Position numbers and translations under genes: made by a program
Notes under the pieces: generated by a model
What the model was told of the DNA's origin: nothing
The model's database searches: none
The model's input: only the letters and a program-made list of their open reading frames with translations
Shown: piece by piece, positions 51,056 to 61,214 of the stretch
Layout of the letters: each line of letters opens with the position of its first letter
Position numbering within the stretch: position 1 is the stretch's first letter
Assembly: GCA_040767195.1 (NCBI GenBank)
Contig: JAXGPA010000001.1
Span: 704,001-768,000, forward strand
From: Syntrophales bacterium
GTDB taxonomy: Bacteria; Desulfobacterota; Syntrophia; Syntrophales; UBA6807
Reading direction: 5' to 3'
Length of the DNA: 64,000 bases

Positions 51056-52411
51056 TCAGAAAGACGCCACCTTCCGGATGTAGGCGTCCACGTCGAATTT
51101 CCGGCGGGCGCCCCGGTCGTTCATGTAACGGACGTTTCCAAAAACAGGCCGGGCGGGCCACGCCCGGTCGTGAAGCCCCCCGATGGACCAGAGGCACCCC
51201 ACGTAGCCGTTGGGATCCCGGCCGTCGAGTTCATACCGGTCATTCAGGCGAACGGCGATGGCGAGGGCGTCCTCCGGTGATCCGGTCCACTCCAGGATTT
51301 TCTTGGCCCAGTACATGCGCATGTAGCCGTGCATCTTTCCCCGTTTGGCCATTTCCATCTGGGCGGCGTTCCACAGGGAGTCGTGGGTTTCGGCGGCCTC
51401 GAGAATCTCGGGCCGGTAACGATAGGAGCGTCTGTCCCTTCGATGGTCACGGAGGGTTTTCCGCGCCCAGGCCGGCGCGCCTTCCAGGGAATCGTAGGCC
51501 TCGTTGTGGAGGCAGAAATTGTCTGACAACTCCCGCCGGACAACGGCCTCCTCGAGGAAAGCCTTCTTAGCCTCCGGCGAGGCGTGGGCGTCCCTCACCG
51601 CAAGGGCGACCCGCTGGGGGCCGACCTGTCCGAAATGAAGATAAGGCGAAAGCCCGGACTGACCGTCCCGGACGGGGTCGTTCCGGGACTCGGGATAGGC
51701 ATTGAGACCGCTCTTCACGAATTCTGCGAGAGTCGCCAGGCCGGCCGCCGTGCCCGGCCGAATCCAGGAGGCTTCCCCCACCGCCCGGTCGATTCGAAGG
51801 GTGGGCAGGATATCCACCCCTTTCTGAATCTTCCCCTTCTTTCCGGGCCAGGGGAACGGGTGATCGGCAAGTTCGGGGAACGGGTCGAGAAATTCGTCCA
51901 AAACCCGCATGACCCGGGGCCGGAAGGTCCGGGCGGCGTATTCCTGGCGCGGGGTGACGGCGAAGGCGGGCGCCACGTTGTGCGCGTCCACCTCGTAAAA
52001 GGGCACGGACACCCCTTCCACGACGGCCTTTTTCCAGGGTTTCCTGATCCGCAGAGGATCAAAATCCGTCACCAGGGCGCCGATGCCGTGGGCCTTGACG
52101 AAGCGGACGATTTCCGTGCCCGGCTCGCCCCGAAGGAGAAAAAAAGGAATGCTTTTCTTTTGCAGGACACCGCGTACGTCATCGAGCCCCCGAAGCATGA
52201 AGCCATACTGTCTCAAGGTGGCCCCGAGAAAATTCTCCACGAGACAGAAGGCGACGCCCAGGGGAACCCCCCTTTCCAGGGCCAGGGATTGGGCGAATAC
52301 GAGGGCCCAGTTGTCCACCGCCCGCTGATCCCGGCTCATCCAGTACAGGACGGGCCCTCTTTTAGCCTCCCCCACCTTGAGAACGCGAACCCTCTCTTCA
52401 CGCATCCGCAT
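51056..52411 (-). CDS. phr: class II CPD photolyase
   Basis: YWMSRDQRAVDNWAL, SGLSPYLHFGQ, RRELSDNFC, MHGYMRMYWAKKILEW, DGRDPNGY. Confidence 0.95.
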   Translation of the reverse strand: MRMREERVRVLKVGEAKRGPVLYWMSRDQRAVDNWALVFAQSLALERGVPLGVAFCLVENFLGATLRQYGFMLRGLDDVRGVLQKKSIPFFLLRGEPGTEIVRFVKAHGIGALVTDFDPLRIRKPWKKAVVEGVSVPFYEVDAHNVAPAFAVTPRQEYAARTFRPRVMRVLDEFLDPFPELADHPFPWPGKKGKIQKGVDILPTLRIDRAVGEASWIRPGTAAGLATLAEFVKSGLNAYPESRNDPVRDGQSGLSPYLHFGQVGPQRVALAVRDAHASPEAKKAFLEEAVVRRELSDNFCLHNEAYDSLEGAPAWARKTLRDHRRDRRSYRYRPEILEAAETHDSLWNAAQMEMAKRGKMHGYMRMYWAKKILEWTGSPEDALAIAVRLNDRYELDGRDPNGYVGCLWSIGGLHDRAWPARPVFGNVRYMNDRGARRKFDVDAYIRKVASF

Positions 52412-52424
52412 CCCCCTCCCGGCC

Positions 52425-53372
52425 TCAGCTGTGGTTCCGGAGCTGAAGCTCCAGGGGATGGGGTTGGAGATAGACCTGTTCTTTCAGGTAAGGTTCATCG
52501 TATTTCCGGACATAGTGGGACAGAAGCGTCACGGGAACGATGAGGGGAAAATCCCCCCGGCGGTAAATCCCGATAACTTCCAGGAGTTCTTTTTTTTCGT
52601 CCCCGGTCAGAACTTTTTTGAAATACCCCATGATGTGATCGAGGACGTTCACGTGCTTGGCCGTTGTCGTCTTCAGGCTGAGGGACTCCAGGAGGGCCGC
52701 CTGGTAGCGTTGGAAAAGCTCCTCCTGACCGTGTTTTCCAGGGTCCGCCACGAGCTTTCCCATTTCCCGGGCATGCTTCGGGCTGTGGGCCATGAGGAAC
52801 AGCTTGTGCCGGGTGTGAAAATCCACAAGGACGCGGCGGGTTTTTTCCTTTGCCGTCGCTTTCCGCCACCGGTGAAGGGTAAAGATACTCTCGATGAAGT
52901 TCTCCCGGAGCTTGATGTCGTGCAGCCGGCCGTCCTCCTCCACCGGCAGCAGGGGGAAACGGTCCATGAATGCCCGGGCGAAAAGTCCGACCCCTGTTTT
53001 CCGGGGCATCCCCCGGTCGTCGTAGACTTTGACCCGTTCCATGCCGCTGCTGGGGGAATCGCTCTTGAAAATGAAGCCGTCCAGGTTTTCATTTTCCAGT
53101 TCCGCGACTCGGCGGCTGGCCCAGGCCGTCATCTGGTCCGTCATGTCCCGGCCGGTTCTGGAGGTCATGAGACGGGGGGCCTCCACATCCCCAACGAGAC
53201 GCATGGTCTCCCGGGGAACCCCGAAGCCGGCCTCCACTTCCGGGCAGACGGGCACGTATTCCACGTATTTTCCCAGTGTATAGGCGAGGAAACGGTCAAG
53301 TTTGTGCTCCCCGTTCCAACGGACCCTCTCACCGAGGAGACAGGAACTGATCCCGAGCCTGATTTTCGACAT
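52425..53372 (-). CDS. DUF523 (TudS-like) + DUF1722 protein, YbgA family
   Basis: GISSCLLGERVR, VCPEVE, KSDSPSSG, EEDGRL, YLQPHP. Confidence 0.92.
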   Translation of the reverse strand: MSKIRLGISSCLLGERVRWNGEHKLDRFLAYTLGKYVEYVPVCPEVEAGFGVPRETMRLVGDVEAPRLMTSRTGRDMTDQMTAWASRRVAELENENLDGFIFKSDSPSSGMERVKVYDDRGMPRKTGVGLFARAFMDRFPLLPVEEDGRLHDIKLRENFIESIFTLHRWRKATAKEKTRRVLVDFHTRHKLFLMAHSPKHAREMGKLVADPGKHGQEELFQRYQAALLESLSLKTTTAKHVNVLDHIMGYFKKVLTGDEKKELLEVIGIYRRGDFPLIVPVTLLSHYVRKYDEPYLKEQVYLQPHPLELQLRNHS

Positions 53373-53684
53373 GATTTCCTCCCTTCTCCCGATTTCCATT
53401 TTCTCGAAGATTTCACCGGCATCGGCGGGCCCGACCCGCTTTCCCGCAATCCGCCTCTCCCCTGGAAATCGATTTTTTGCGTATCTTACCAGATTTGCAG
53501 GAAGCCTGCTTCCAGCGTTCTCACGTTTTATTTATCATAAATGACAGGCAACCGTCGACGGCGGCTTCAAAAGTTCCGGTTGCTTGATTTTCACGGCGGT
53601 GATATCAAAAAGATCACACAGGTACATGGAAAAGACGCCCGGAAACCGCTATGGCGGCCACGATGGGGGAAGACGAGGGAATCC

Positions 53685-54695
53685 ATGAAAAAGAAAGCGA
53701 TCGTTCTGGTTTTTCTGACGCTGTTCCTGGCGGTGGCTCTTTTTGTCTACGTGGCCAAGGAGAAAAACGCCGGGGACGAGCTCTATTTTTCCGGAACCAT
53801 CGAGGCAACGAATTCACAACTGGCTTTCCAGGTGCGGGGAATCGTCACGGCCGTTCATGTTTCTGAAGGACAGGCCGCCAAGCAGGGGGACCTCCTGGCC
53901 GAACTCGACCGCTCCGAGTTCGAGGCCGCCCTGGCCCAGGCGGAGGCCAACGTTGAAACGGCCCGAAATAATCTCACCAGGATCGAAACGACCCTGGACA
54001 TGCTCCAGGAGACCCTCCCGGCCGATGTCGAACGGGCCCGGGCAGGCGTCGCAAGTGCCCAGGCGGCCTTCACGGAGGCGGCCCGAAACCGGGAGCGGTA
54101 TGACGTCCTCTTTCGCAAAAATGTCGTTTCGCAGCAGGAGTGGGACGCCGTGAGGCTGAATTTCGAAACCGCCGAGGCCCGGCTTGTGGAGGCCCGGGCG
54201 GTCTTGAGACAGGCCGAAAGCGGCCTGAAAAAACTGGAGACGGTTAGCGAAGAGAAAAAGGTGGCGGAGGCCCAGGTGAGGGCTCTCGAAGCCTCCCGGA
54301 AACTGGCCGAGATCCAGAAGGACCACGGGAGCCTGACGGCGCCCTACAACGGGATTGTCACGAGCCGAAACGTGGAGCCGGGAGAAGTGATCACCCCCGG
54401 ACAGGAAGTGCTGACCCTGAGCGATCTTTCCCGGGTGGACCTGAAAATCTATGTGGGCGAGACCGATATCGGAAAAGTTTACCCGGGTCAGCCTGTGGAT
54501 GTGCGGATCGACACCTTCCCTGACCGGGTCTTCCGGGGTACCGTATCCTACGTTTCCCCGGAAGGTGAATTCACACCCAAAATCATACAGACCCACAAGG
54601 AACGGGTGAAACTCGTCTATCTCGTCAAGGTCTCCATTCCCAATGGCGGGCTGGAACTGAAAACGGGGATGCCCGCCGATGCCTGGCTCCGCTGA
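53685..54695 (+). CDS. HlyD-family efflux periplasmic adaptor
   Basis: N-terminal TM, SGTIEA, coiled coil, EFTPKIIQT, LKTGMPAD. Confidence 0.92.
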   Translation: MKKKAIVLVFLTLFLAVALFVYVAKEKNAGDELYFSGTIEATNSQLAFQVRGIVTAVHVSEGQAAKQGDLLAELDRSEFEAALAQAEANVETARNNLTRIETTLDMLQETLPADVERARAGVASAQAAFTEAARNRERYDVLFRKNVVSQQEWDAVRLNFETAEARLVEARAVLRQAESGLKKLETVSEEKKVAEAQVRALEASRKLAEIQKDHGSLTAPYNGIVTSRNVEPGEVITPGQEVLTLSDLSRVDLKIYVGETDIGKVYPGQPVDVRIDTFPDRVFRGTVSYVSPEGEFTPKIIQTHKERVKLVYLVKVSIPNGGLELKTGMPADAWLR

Positions 54696-55488
54696 AGGAC
54701 CCCGGATCCCCACGGCAACGGACCGGGCCGGCACCGGGGAACCGCTCGTCCGCGTTGAGGGGGTTTCCCTTTTTTTCGGCGAGATTCCTGCCGTGAAAAA
54801 CATAAGCCTCACTGTCGACCGGGGAAAAATCTTCGGCCTTATCGGGTCCGACGGCGCCGGGAAATCCTCCCTCCTGCGCATGATCGCCACGATGATCCGA
54901 CCGACGGAGGGGCGGATTTTGCTCAACGGTTACGACGTCCTTTCCGCCCGCCGAAAGATAAAGAGGCTGATCGGATACATGCCCCAGCGATTCGGTCTCT
55001 ACGAAGATCTGACAGTGGGGGAAAACATGGATTTCTTTCTCGACATCTTCGCCGTCCGGGGACCGGAAAGAAAAGAGAGGCGGGAGCGTTTTCTCGGGTT
55101 TTCCAATCTCGACCCTTTCGTGGACCGCCTGGCGGGAAACCTCTCCGGGGGAATGAAACAGAAGCTCGGCCTCGCCTGCGTCCTCGTCCACCACCCGGAA
55201 ATCCTCCTCCTCGATGAGCCCACCAACGGTGTCGATCCGGTCTCCCGGGAGGAGTTCTGGGACATCCTCTTCCAGATGCGGGACGAGGGCATGACGATCC
55301 TCGTTTCCACGGCCTATCTCGACGAGGGGGAAAAGTGCGACCTTCTCGCCCTCATGCACCGGGGCGTTTTTCTGGACCTGGGCCCGCCGGCGGACATCCA
55401 GGGAACCTCTCCGACCCTCGAGGACGCCATGATCGACCGTATCGGAAAGGCCGACAGGGAGCTTGCCCATGACCAATTCAAGATCTGA
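54679..55488 (+). CDS. ABC transporter ATP-binding protein
   Basis: GSDGAGKS, LSGGMKQK, LDEPT. Confidence 0.93.
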   Translation: MPGSAEGPRIPTATDRAGTGEPLVRVEGVSLFFGEIPAVKNISLTVDRGKIFGLIGSDGAGKSSLLRMIATMIRPTEGRILLNGYDVLSARRKIKRLIGYMPQRFGLYEDLTVGENMDFFLDIFAVRGPERKERRERFLGFSNLDPFVDRLAGNLSGGMKQKLGLACVLVHHPEILLLDEPTNGVDPVSREEFWDILFQMRDEGMTILVSTAYLDEGEKCDLLALMHRGVFLDLGPPADIQGTSPTLEDAMIDRIGKADRELAHDQFKI

Positions 55489-56224
55489 GGCGATTTCCGT
55501 GGAGGAGCTCGAAAAACGCTTCGGCGACTTTGTCGCCGTGGACCGGATCTCCTTTACCGTCGAAAAGGGGGAAATCTTCGGTTTTCTCGGGCCCAACGGT
55601 TCGGGGAAATCGACGACCATACGAATGCTCTGCGGCATCCTGTCTCCCACATCCGGAAGAGGGTTCGTCGCCGGTCACGACATCGCCGGGGAACCGGAGA
55701 AAGTCAAAGCCTCCATCGGGTACATGTCCCAGAAGTTCTCCCTTTATGAAGACATGACCCCTTTCGAGAACATCCGCTTTTACCTGGGCATCTACAGCCT
55801 CCCGGAAGACACATGGGCGGAACGGACGGCATGGATCATGGAGGTCACCCGGCTCACCGACGTCCGGAACCGCCTGACCCGGGATCTCCCGCCGGGATGG
55901 CGGCAGCGACTGGCTTTGGGCTGCGCCCTGCTCCACCGGCCGAAGATCATCTTTCTCGACGAGCCCACCTCCGGTGTCGACCCCCTGACGAGACGCCATT
56001 TCTGGGACTTTATCGAAAAGCTGGCGGGAGAAGGGGTCACCGTTTTCGTAACCACCCATTACATGGACGAAGCCCGGAACTGCCGGCGCCTGGCCCTCAT
56101 CAACGAGGGCCGCATCGCCGCCATGGGCAGCCCCGACGACATCGTCCGGGAGGCTCTTCCCGGCAAAAAGAGGGGCACGCTGAACGAGGCGTTCATTGCC
56201 CTCATGGACAGGAAAACCCCGTGA
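55469..56224 (+). CDS. ABC transporter ATP-binding protein
   Basis: GPNGSGKST, LDEPTSGVD, TTHYMDEA. Confidence 0.93.
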   Translation: MTNSRSEAISVEELEKRFGDFVAVDRISFTVEKGEIFGFLGPNGSGKSTTIRMLCGILSPTSGRGFVAGHDIAGEPEKVKASIGYMSQKFSLYEDMTPFENIRFYLGIYSLPEDTWAERTAWIMEVTRLTDVRNRLTRDLPPGWRQRLALGCALLHRPKIIFLDEPTSGVDPLTRRHFWDFIEKLAGEGVTVFVTTHYMDEARNCRRLALINEGRIAAMGSPDDIVREALPGKKRGTLNEAFIALMDRKTP

Positions 56225-57354
56225 ACCTTCGAAAGGTCCAGGCCGTCGCCCGCAAGGAATTCTACCATCTCATCCGGGACTTCCGAAGCCTCTACCTGGC
56301 CTTTGCCTTACCGCTTCTCCTCATCCTTCTTTTCGGATATGCCCTGAGCCTCGACGTTGACCACGTCAAAACGGTGGTCGTCGATTTCGACCGCACCGAC
56401 CTGAGCCGGGATTTTCTGTCCAGGTTCGAGTCCTCCCCATATTTCGATATCATCGCCCATGAAAAAAACATCGAGGCGGTCACCCGGTATCTCGACCACG
56501 GGTGGACCACCATGGCCGTTCTCATTCCGCCCGACTTCACCGAAAACATCCGGTCTAACCGGGACGCCCCCATCCAGATTCTCTTCGATGGAAGCGACCC
56601 CAACGTGGCTGGCATCTCGTCGGGATACGCGACAAAGCTCGTTTCCGACTACAATAACGATCTCATGGAGGCGTTTCTCAACAGAAGCGGCCGAAACCCC
56701 ATCCCCCCGCCGGTAACGGGAGAAATACGGGTCTGGTTCAACGAGGACCTGGAAAGCCGCAATTTCATCGTTCCGGGCATCATCGCCATCATCATCATGA
56801 TCGTGGGCGCTCTCCTGACATCCCTCGTCATCGCGAGAGAGTATGAAAACGGGACCATGGAAACCATTTTTTCTCTTCCCCTTCACGCTTCCGAGTTCCT
56901 CGCCGGAAAGGCCGTGCCGTATTTTTTCATCGCCATGACCGATGTCCTCATCGCCGTCCTCATGGGGCAGATTCTTTTCGGCGTCGTCGTCAAGGGCAGT
57001 TTCTGGCTTTTCATCGCCGCCTCGTCCCTCTATATCGCCGTCGCACTCTGCCTCGGCTTCGTCATCTCCGTCGTCACCAAGTCCCAGCTCGTGGCCAACC
57101 AGATGGCCATCCTGCTGACCTATCTCCCCTCACTCCTCCTTTCCGACTTCGTGTTTCCCATCGCGAACATGCCCAGGGTTCTCCAGGCCTTCACCGCCGT
57201 CGTCCCGGCCCGATATTTCATCGATATCCTGAACGGTCTCTATCTGCGGAACGTGGGGTTTTCTTACCTGTGGCCGAGTTATGCCGTCCTGGCCCTCATG
57301 GCTCTCCTTCTGGGGACCCTGGCTTTCATGATTCTCAAGAGGGAGGGCCTGTAG
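56221..57354 (+). CDS. ABC-2 type permease (YbhS-like)
   Basis: KEFYHLIRD, AREYENGTME; GTGA overlap with upstream ATPase. Confidence 0.92.
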   Translation: MNLRKVQAVARKEFYHLIRDFRSLYLAFALPLLLILLFGYALSLDVDHVKTVVVDFDRTDLSRDFLSRFESSPYFDIIAHEKNIEAVTRYLDHGWTTMAVLIPPDFTENIRSNRDAPIQILFDGSDPNVAGISSGYATKLVSDYNNDLMEAFLNRSGRNPIPPPVTGEIRVWFNEDLESRNFIVPGIIAIIIMIVGALLTSLVIAREYENGTMETIFSLPLHASEFLAGKAVPYFFIAMTDVLIAVLMGQILFGVVVKGSFWLFIAASSLYIAVALCLGFVISVVTKSQLVANQMAILLTYLPSLLLSDFVFPIANMPRVLQAFTAVVPARYFIDILNGLYLRNVGFSYLWPSYAVLALMALLLGTLAFMILKREGL

Positions 57355-57356
57355 GA

Positions 57357-58478
57357 ATGAACCGGCTTCGCATTCGGGAACTCATCCGTAAAGAATTCAT
57401 TCAGCTTTTCCGGGACCGGAAAAACCGGCCCCTTCTCGTCATCGCCCCGCTCATCCAGCTCCTCGTTTTCGGCTACGTGGTCACCACGGACATACGGACC
57501 ATCACCGTGGGTTTCCTGGACCAGTCCAAAACCCGGGAGAGCCGGATGCTCATGGACCGGTTCGAGGGAAGCCGGACTTTCCGGATCATTCAGATGAGCG
57601 ACGATCCCCGGAAACTGGAAAGCCGGCTTCTGCAACGGAAAGTCGACCTGGTGATCAAGATCGGACCGGACTTCAGTGAACGGATCCGCAAGGGGGAGAC
57701 GGCCGCCGTCCAGATCCTGGCCGACGGAAGCATGAGCAACATGACCGTCAACCGGATCGCGTACACGTCCTTTGTCCTCGAGAGGTTCAACCGACTCCTC
57801 CTGCGGGAGCTCTACCCTTTTTTCATGGACTACGGGAATATCGACGCCCGGCCGCGAACCTGGTACAACCCAAACCTGTACAGCCAGAATTTTTACGTTC
57901 CCGGCATTGTGGCGTTTCTCATCATGATCCTGACCCTCCTTTTCACCTCCATGGCCATCATCAAGGAAAAGGAGCGGGGAACCATGGAGCAGCTCATCGT
58001 GACGCCTCTCAGGCCCGCCGAGCTCATTCTCGGGAAGACGATCCCTTACAGCATCATCGCCCTTGCCCAGATGATCGTCGTCACCGCCTTCGCCGTTTAC
58101 TGGTTCGAGATCCCCCTGGCGGGAAGCCTCATTCTCCTCGGGACGGCGACGATCTTCTTTCTCTTCAGTACCCTGGGGGTCGGGCTTTTCATTTCCACCA
58201 TCTCGGCTACCCAGCAGCAGGCCATGATGACCACCTTCTTCTTCATTCTCCCTTTTTTCATGCTGAGCGGCTTTGTCTTCCCCGTGGCCAACATGCCCGA
58301 ACCAGTCCAGTGGCTCACCTATCTCAACCCCCTCATGTATTTTCTCATCATCATCCGGGGCATTTTTCTCAAGGGCGTGGGAATCGGCATCCTCTGGCCC
58401 CAGCTTACGGCCCTTCTGATCATCGGCGTCATCCTTCTCGGCGGGGCTGTCCGCCGCTTCCGAAAACGGCTCGATTGA
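57357..58478 (+). CDS. ABC-2 type permease (YbhR-like)
   Basis: KEFIQLFRD, KEKERGTMEQL, LSGFVFP. Confidence 0.92.
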   Translation: MNRLRIRELIRKEFIQLFRDRKNRPLLVIAPLIQLLVFGYVVTTDIRTITVGFLDQSKTRESRMLMDRFEGSRTFRIIQMSDDPRKLESRLLQRKVDLVIKIGPDFSERIRKGETAAVQILADGSMSNMTVNRIAYTSFVLERFNRLLLRELYPFFMDYGNIDARPRTWYNPNLYSQNFYVPGIVAFLIMILTLLFTSMAIIKEKERGTMEQLIVTPLRPAELILGKTIPYSIIALAQMIVVTAFAVYWFEIPLAGSLILLGTATIFFLFSTLGVGLFISTISATQQQAMMTTFFFILPFFMLSGFVFPVANMPEPVQWLTYLNPLMYFLIIIRGIFLKGVGIGILWPQLTALLIIGVILLGGAVRRFRKRLD

Positions 58479-58553
58479 CCGAGGCGGTGGTTGACCGCGT
58501 CACCCTTTTCCTGCTAAATTGGCAAAACAAAAAAAGGAGGAACCCCATCGGTC

Positions 58554-59294
58554 ATGAAAATCATTTACCATCCCGACTTCATTGGGTCCTACTGTTCCGA
58601 CCCTGCCGCTTCGGAAGGGCGGGTCGAAGCCATTCTCGATGTCATCCAGGATCGGTTTGACGTCATGAAACCGTCGCCGGCCTCACGGGAAGACATCGCC
58701 GCCTGCCACAGCGATTATCACATTGAACACATCCGGCATCTCGGTCTTTACGACATCGCCGCCCTGGCTGCCGGGGGCGCGATCCTGGCGGCGGAAACGG
58801 GACTCACCGAACCGGCTTTCGGGCTGATCCGGCCGCCGGGACACCATGCCTCCTTCAGCAGCGCCTGGGGATTCTGCTTCTTCAGCAACATGGCCATCGC
58901 CATTTCGAAGCTGAAGCGGGAGGGGAAAATCGGGAAGGCCTTTGTGCTCGATATCGATCTTCACTTCGGCGACGGGACCATGAACATCCTGGGCAGCACC
59001 GGTTACGTGAAAATTTTGAACCCGACAGCCCATGACCGGGCGGGATACCTGCGGGAAGTGGAAGGTGCTCTCCCGGAAGATGCCGACATTATAGGTATTT
59101 CAGCGGGATTCGACCACCACGAGGCGGACTGGGGCGGGCTGCTCACGACATCCGATTACCGTGAGATCGGCCGCCTGGTCCGGGAAAAGAGCCGCAAGGC
59201 CGGGGGGGGCTGTTTTGCCATCCTGGAAGGGGGGTACAACCATCGGGTGCTGGGTCACAATGTCCTGGCCCTGCTGGAGGGGCTCGACAGCTGA
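58554..59294 (+). CDS. histone deacetylase family protein (short form)
   Basis: RPPGHHA, GFCFFSN, DIDLHFGDG, SAGFD, LEGGY. Confidence 0.93.
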   Translation: MKIIYHPDFIGSYCSDPAASEGRVEAILDVIQDRFDVMKPSPASREDIAACHSDYHIEHIRHLGLYDIAALAAGGAILAAETGLTEPAFGLIRPPGHHASFSSAWGFCFFSNMAIAISKLKREGKIGKAFVLDIDLHFGDGTMNILGSTGYVKILNPTAHDRAGYLREVEGALPEDADIIGISAGFDHHEADWGGLLTTSDYREIGRLVREKSRKAGGGCFAILEGGYNHRVLGHNVLALLEGLDS

Positions 59295-59299
59295 GTCAA

Positions 59300-59677
59300 T
59301 CAGGCCGCCGAGGGAAATTCTCCCGGGGACATCCAGGAATCGGGGGTAAGCGGAAGGAGTCCCCAGGCCGCCCGAGCCTCATCGCATCGCCCGTTCGGTC
59401 TCCCGTCGAGCCACGACGGGGCGAAGTCGCGACACACGGACGCCCGCCTTTCATAAATGGCGCACAGGACACGCTTTCCGATGTCGCCGGTCAAGGCGAC
59501 GCACCGGGGCCTGTTCCCTCCCGTCCCCTTCATGAACCGCCGGAAGGAATCCATTTTCTCCGTCAGTTCCACGGGAACGCCGCCTTCCGTCACATCGTCG
59601 CCTTCGCCCCAGTAGAAGGAAGCCCGGTAGAAAGCGCAGCAGGCGCCGCAGGACAGGCAGGGGTTCGTTCGATTCAT
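59300..59677 (-). CDS. YkgJ-family CxxCxxCC cysteine cluster protein
   Basis: [25 protein letters not shown]. Confidence 0.9.
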   Translation of the reverse strand: MNRTNPCLSCGACCAFYRASFYWGEGDDVTEGGVPVELTEKMDSFRRFMKGTGGNRPRCVALTGDIGKRVLCAIYERRASVCRDFAPSWLDGRPNGRCDEARAAWGLLPLTPDSWMSPGEFPSAA

Positions 59678-59742
59678 ATCCTTAAGAAAAATTTTCCTGA
59701 ATTTTGATGAACTCGTAAAAACTGGAAAAATGTTCCGTTACA

Positions 59743-59868
59743 GACGGCTTTGTAAAAAGATCCAGAGGCAAGGCGCCCGAATCTCGAGGAATGAGACGTA
59801 CTTATTGGTACGTCGCAATGACGAGGGATGAAGGGCAACAAAGCCTATGGACTTTTTACGAAGCCGTC
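59743..59868. repeat. 126-bp MITE/REP-like element with terminal inverted repeats
   Basis: GACGGCTTTGTAAAAAGATCCA ... TGGACTTTTTACGAAGCCGTC; internal GACGTAC/GTACGTC hairpin; extra end-like TTGATGAACTCGTAAAAA at 59704-59721. Confidence 0.8.
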
Positions 59869-59927
59869 AATTTTGGAAACTATGGGGCCGGGAGGGAAAA
59901 AAATCAAGAGAAAATCGTTCCTCTGTA

Positions 59928-60431
59928 TCAGGTGTTTCTCCTGATTTCAGGGGGTATCCGGGAAATCCAGCCCGCCTGGCAAACCCCCCACAGGCCCGCC
60001 AGGACGGCCTCGGCGGCATCGTCCTTCAGGGACGGGGGAAGGGGCAGCCGGGACCAGGAGATGACCCGCCGGGCCAGTAAAAGGGCATGGCGTTTCGCAT
60101 CGGCCCCGCTTTTTCTTTCCCTTCGGTAAAGCAACAGGTCGCGCCACGCCTCCGCCGAAATAACCACGGCCGGAATTCCGAGCCGGGCGGCTTCCCGAAT
60201 CCAGATCTCTCCCAGCCTCCCGCCTCCCTCCACAACAACCCGGGACAGGCCGGGAAGACCGGAAAGGAGGGATCGGACGGCCCGTTTCAAGCTGTTCCGG
60301 TCCCCGAAATGCTTGGACCGGAACCACACGAGACGGCCTCGGCGGTCGAAGAGGGCAAGACCCGTTCTCAATCCCGTGTCCACGGCGAGGAGGCATTCCG
60401 AAAAAGCCTTCCCATCCGACGGGTCATTCAT
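59928..60431 (-). CDS. RNase H/RuvC-like fold hypothetical protein
   Basis: LLAVDTGLRTGLA, VVVEGG, DDAAEA acidic pattern. Confidence 0.65.
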   Translation of the reverse strand: MNDPSDGKAFSECLLAVDTGLRTGLALFDRRGRLVWFRSKHFGDRNSLKRAVRSLLSGLPGLSRVVVEGGGRLGEIWIREAARLGIPAVVISAEAWRDLLLYRRERKSGADAKRHALLLARRVISWSRLPLPPSLKDDAAEAVLAGLWGVCQAGWISRIPPEIRRNT

Positions 60432-60810
60432 ACCGCTCCCCTGAATCCCCCCTTTTTCCTCTCCGGAAGAGAAGGCCGTAAAGAAGAAGATTCCAGAAAA
60501 GAACGGCGGTTCCCAAAAACATCTGCGCCCCCCGGGAAAGGGAGGACGGGTAAAGAAGAGGAAGAAGGAAGGGCGCTGTAAGCTCTCCCGGGGACCCCGC
60601 CTCGAGGGCCTTCATCCCGAGCCATTCCTCCAGGGGCGTCAGGGGACAGAACCAGCCTGTCCACTCCACGAGCACACCCCAGATGAAGGCGGGAAGATGC
60701 CACCAGAGAACTTTTTTCCACCGAAAGGCGAGAAGGCCGCCGAAAACGACAAACAGGACAAAAGCACCGTGAACGACGAGAACAAGATCCCGAAGGATTC
60801 CGTATAGCAT
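60424..60810 (-). CDS. DUF2784 family membrane protein
   Basis: HGAFVLFVVFGG, HLPA..WG, CPLTPLE. Confidence 0.88.
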   Translation of the reverse strand: MLYGILRDLVLVVHGAFVLFVVFGGLLAFRWKKVLWWHLPAFIWGVLVEWTGWFCPLTPLEEWLGMKALEAGSPGELTAPFLLPLLYPSSLSRGAQMFLGTAVLFWNLLLYGLLFRRGKRGDSGERYE

Positions 60811-60891
60811 GGGCTTTCACCTTCCCTGCGCCGTCACTGGATCTCGTTGGAGTATATCGGGAATAACGGCGAATTAAAAGAACCTTCTTCC

Positions 60892-60920
60892 TTGACAGGG
60901 AAAGGGCAACGTTTTATAAA
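60892..60920 (+). promoter_or_regulatory. sigma70-type promoter
   Basis: TTGACA-17 nt-TATAAA. Confidence 0.75.
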
Positions 60921-60983
60921 AAAGTTGTCTTGCCTGTCGTGAAGGGGGCGTGGGCGGGATTCCCGGTTCCGCGAAATCGAGGT

Positions 60984-61214
60984 ATGACAACCATGAGTCG
61001 TTTTGATTCTTCGCCTTTTTCCGCCACGAAAAACTCAATCTCGACAGACTGCCCGCACTGTCTTTACTTCAGCATGGACGAGGAAGGTACCCGGTGTCAT
61101 TGCCTCCGGTTCGCCCGTTTCGTCGACCACGTCCTCCCGAAACGGACCGGGACCTGTGAATACTGGACGGGAAGAGATTTTTTCGACGAGGCGGCCGGGG
61201 TGAAAAACCTTTAG
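60984..61214 (+). CDS. small Cys-rich hypothetical protein
   Basis: CPHC..CHC..CEYW; downstream of a near-consensus promoter and GAGG. Confidence 0.6.
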   Translation: MTTMSRFDSSPFSATKNSISTDCPHCLYFSMDEEGTRCHCLRFARFVDHVLPKRTGTCEYWTGRDFFDEAAGVKNL

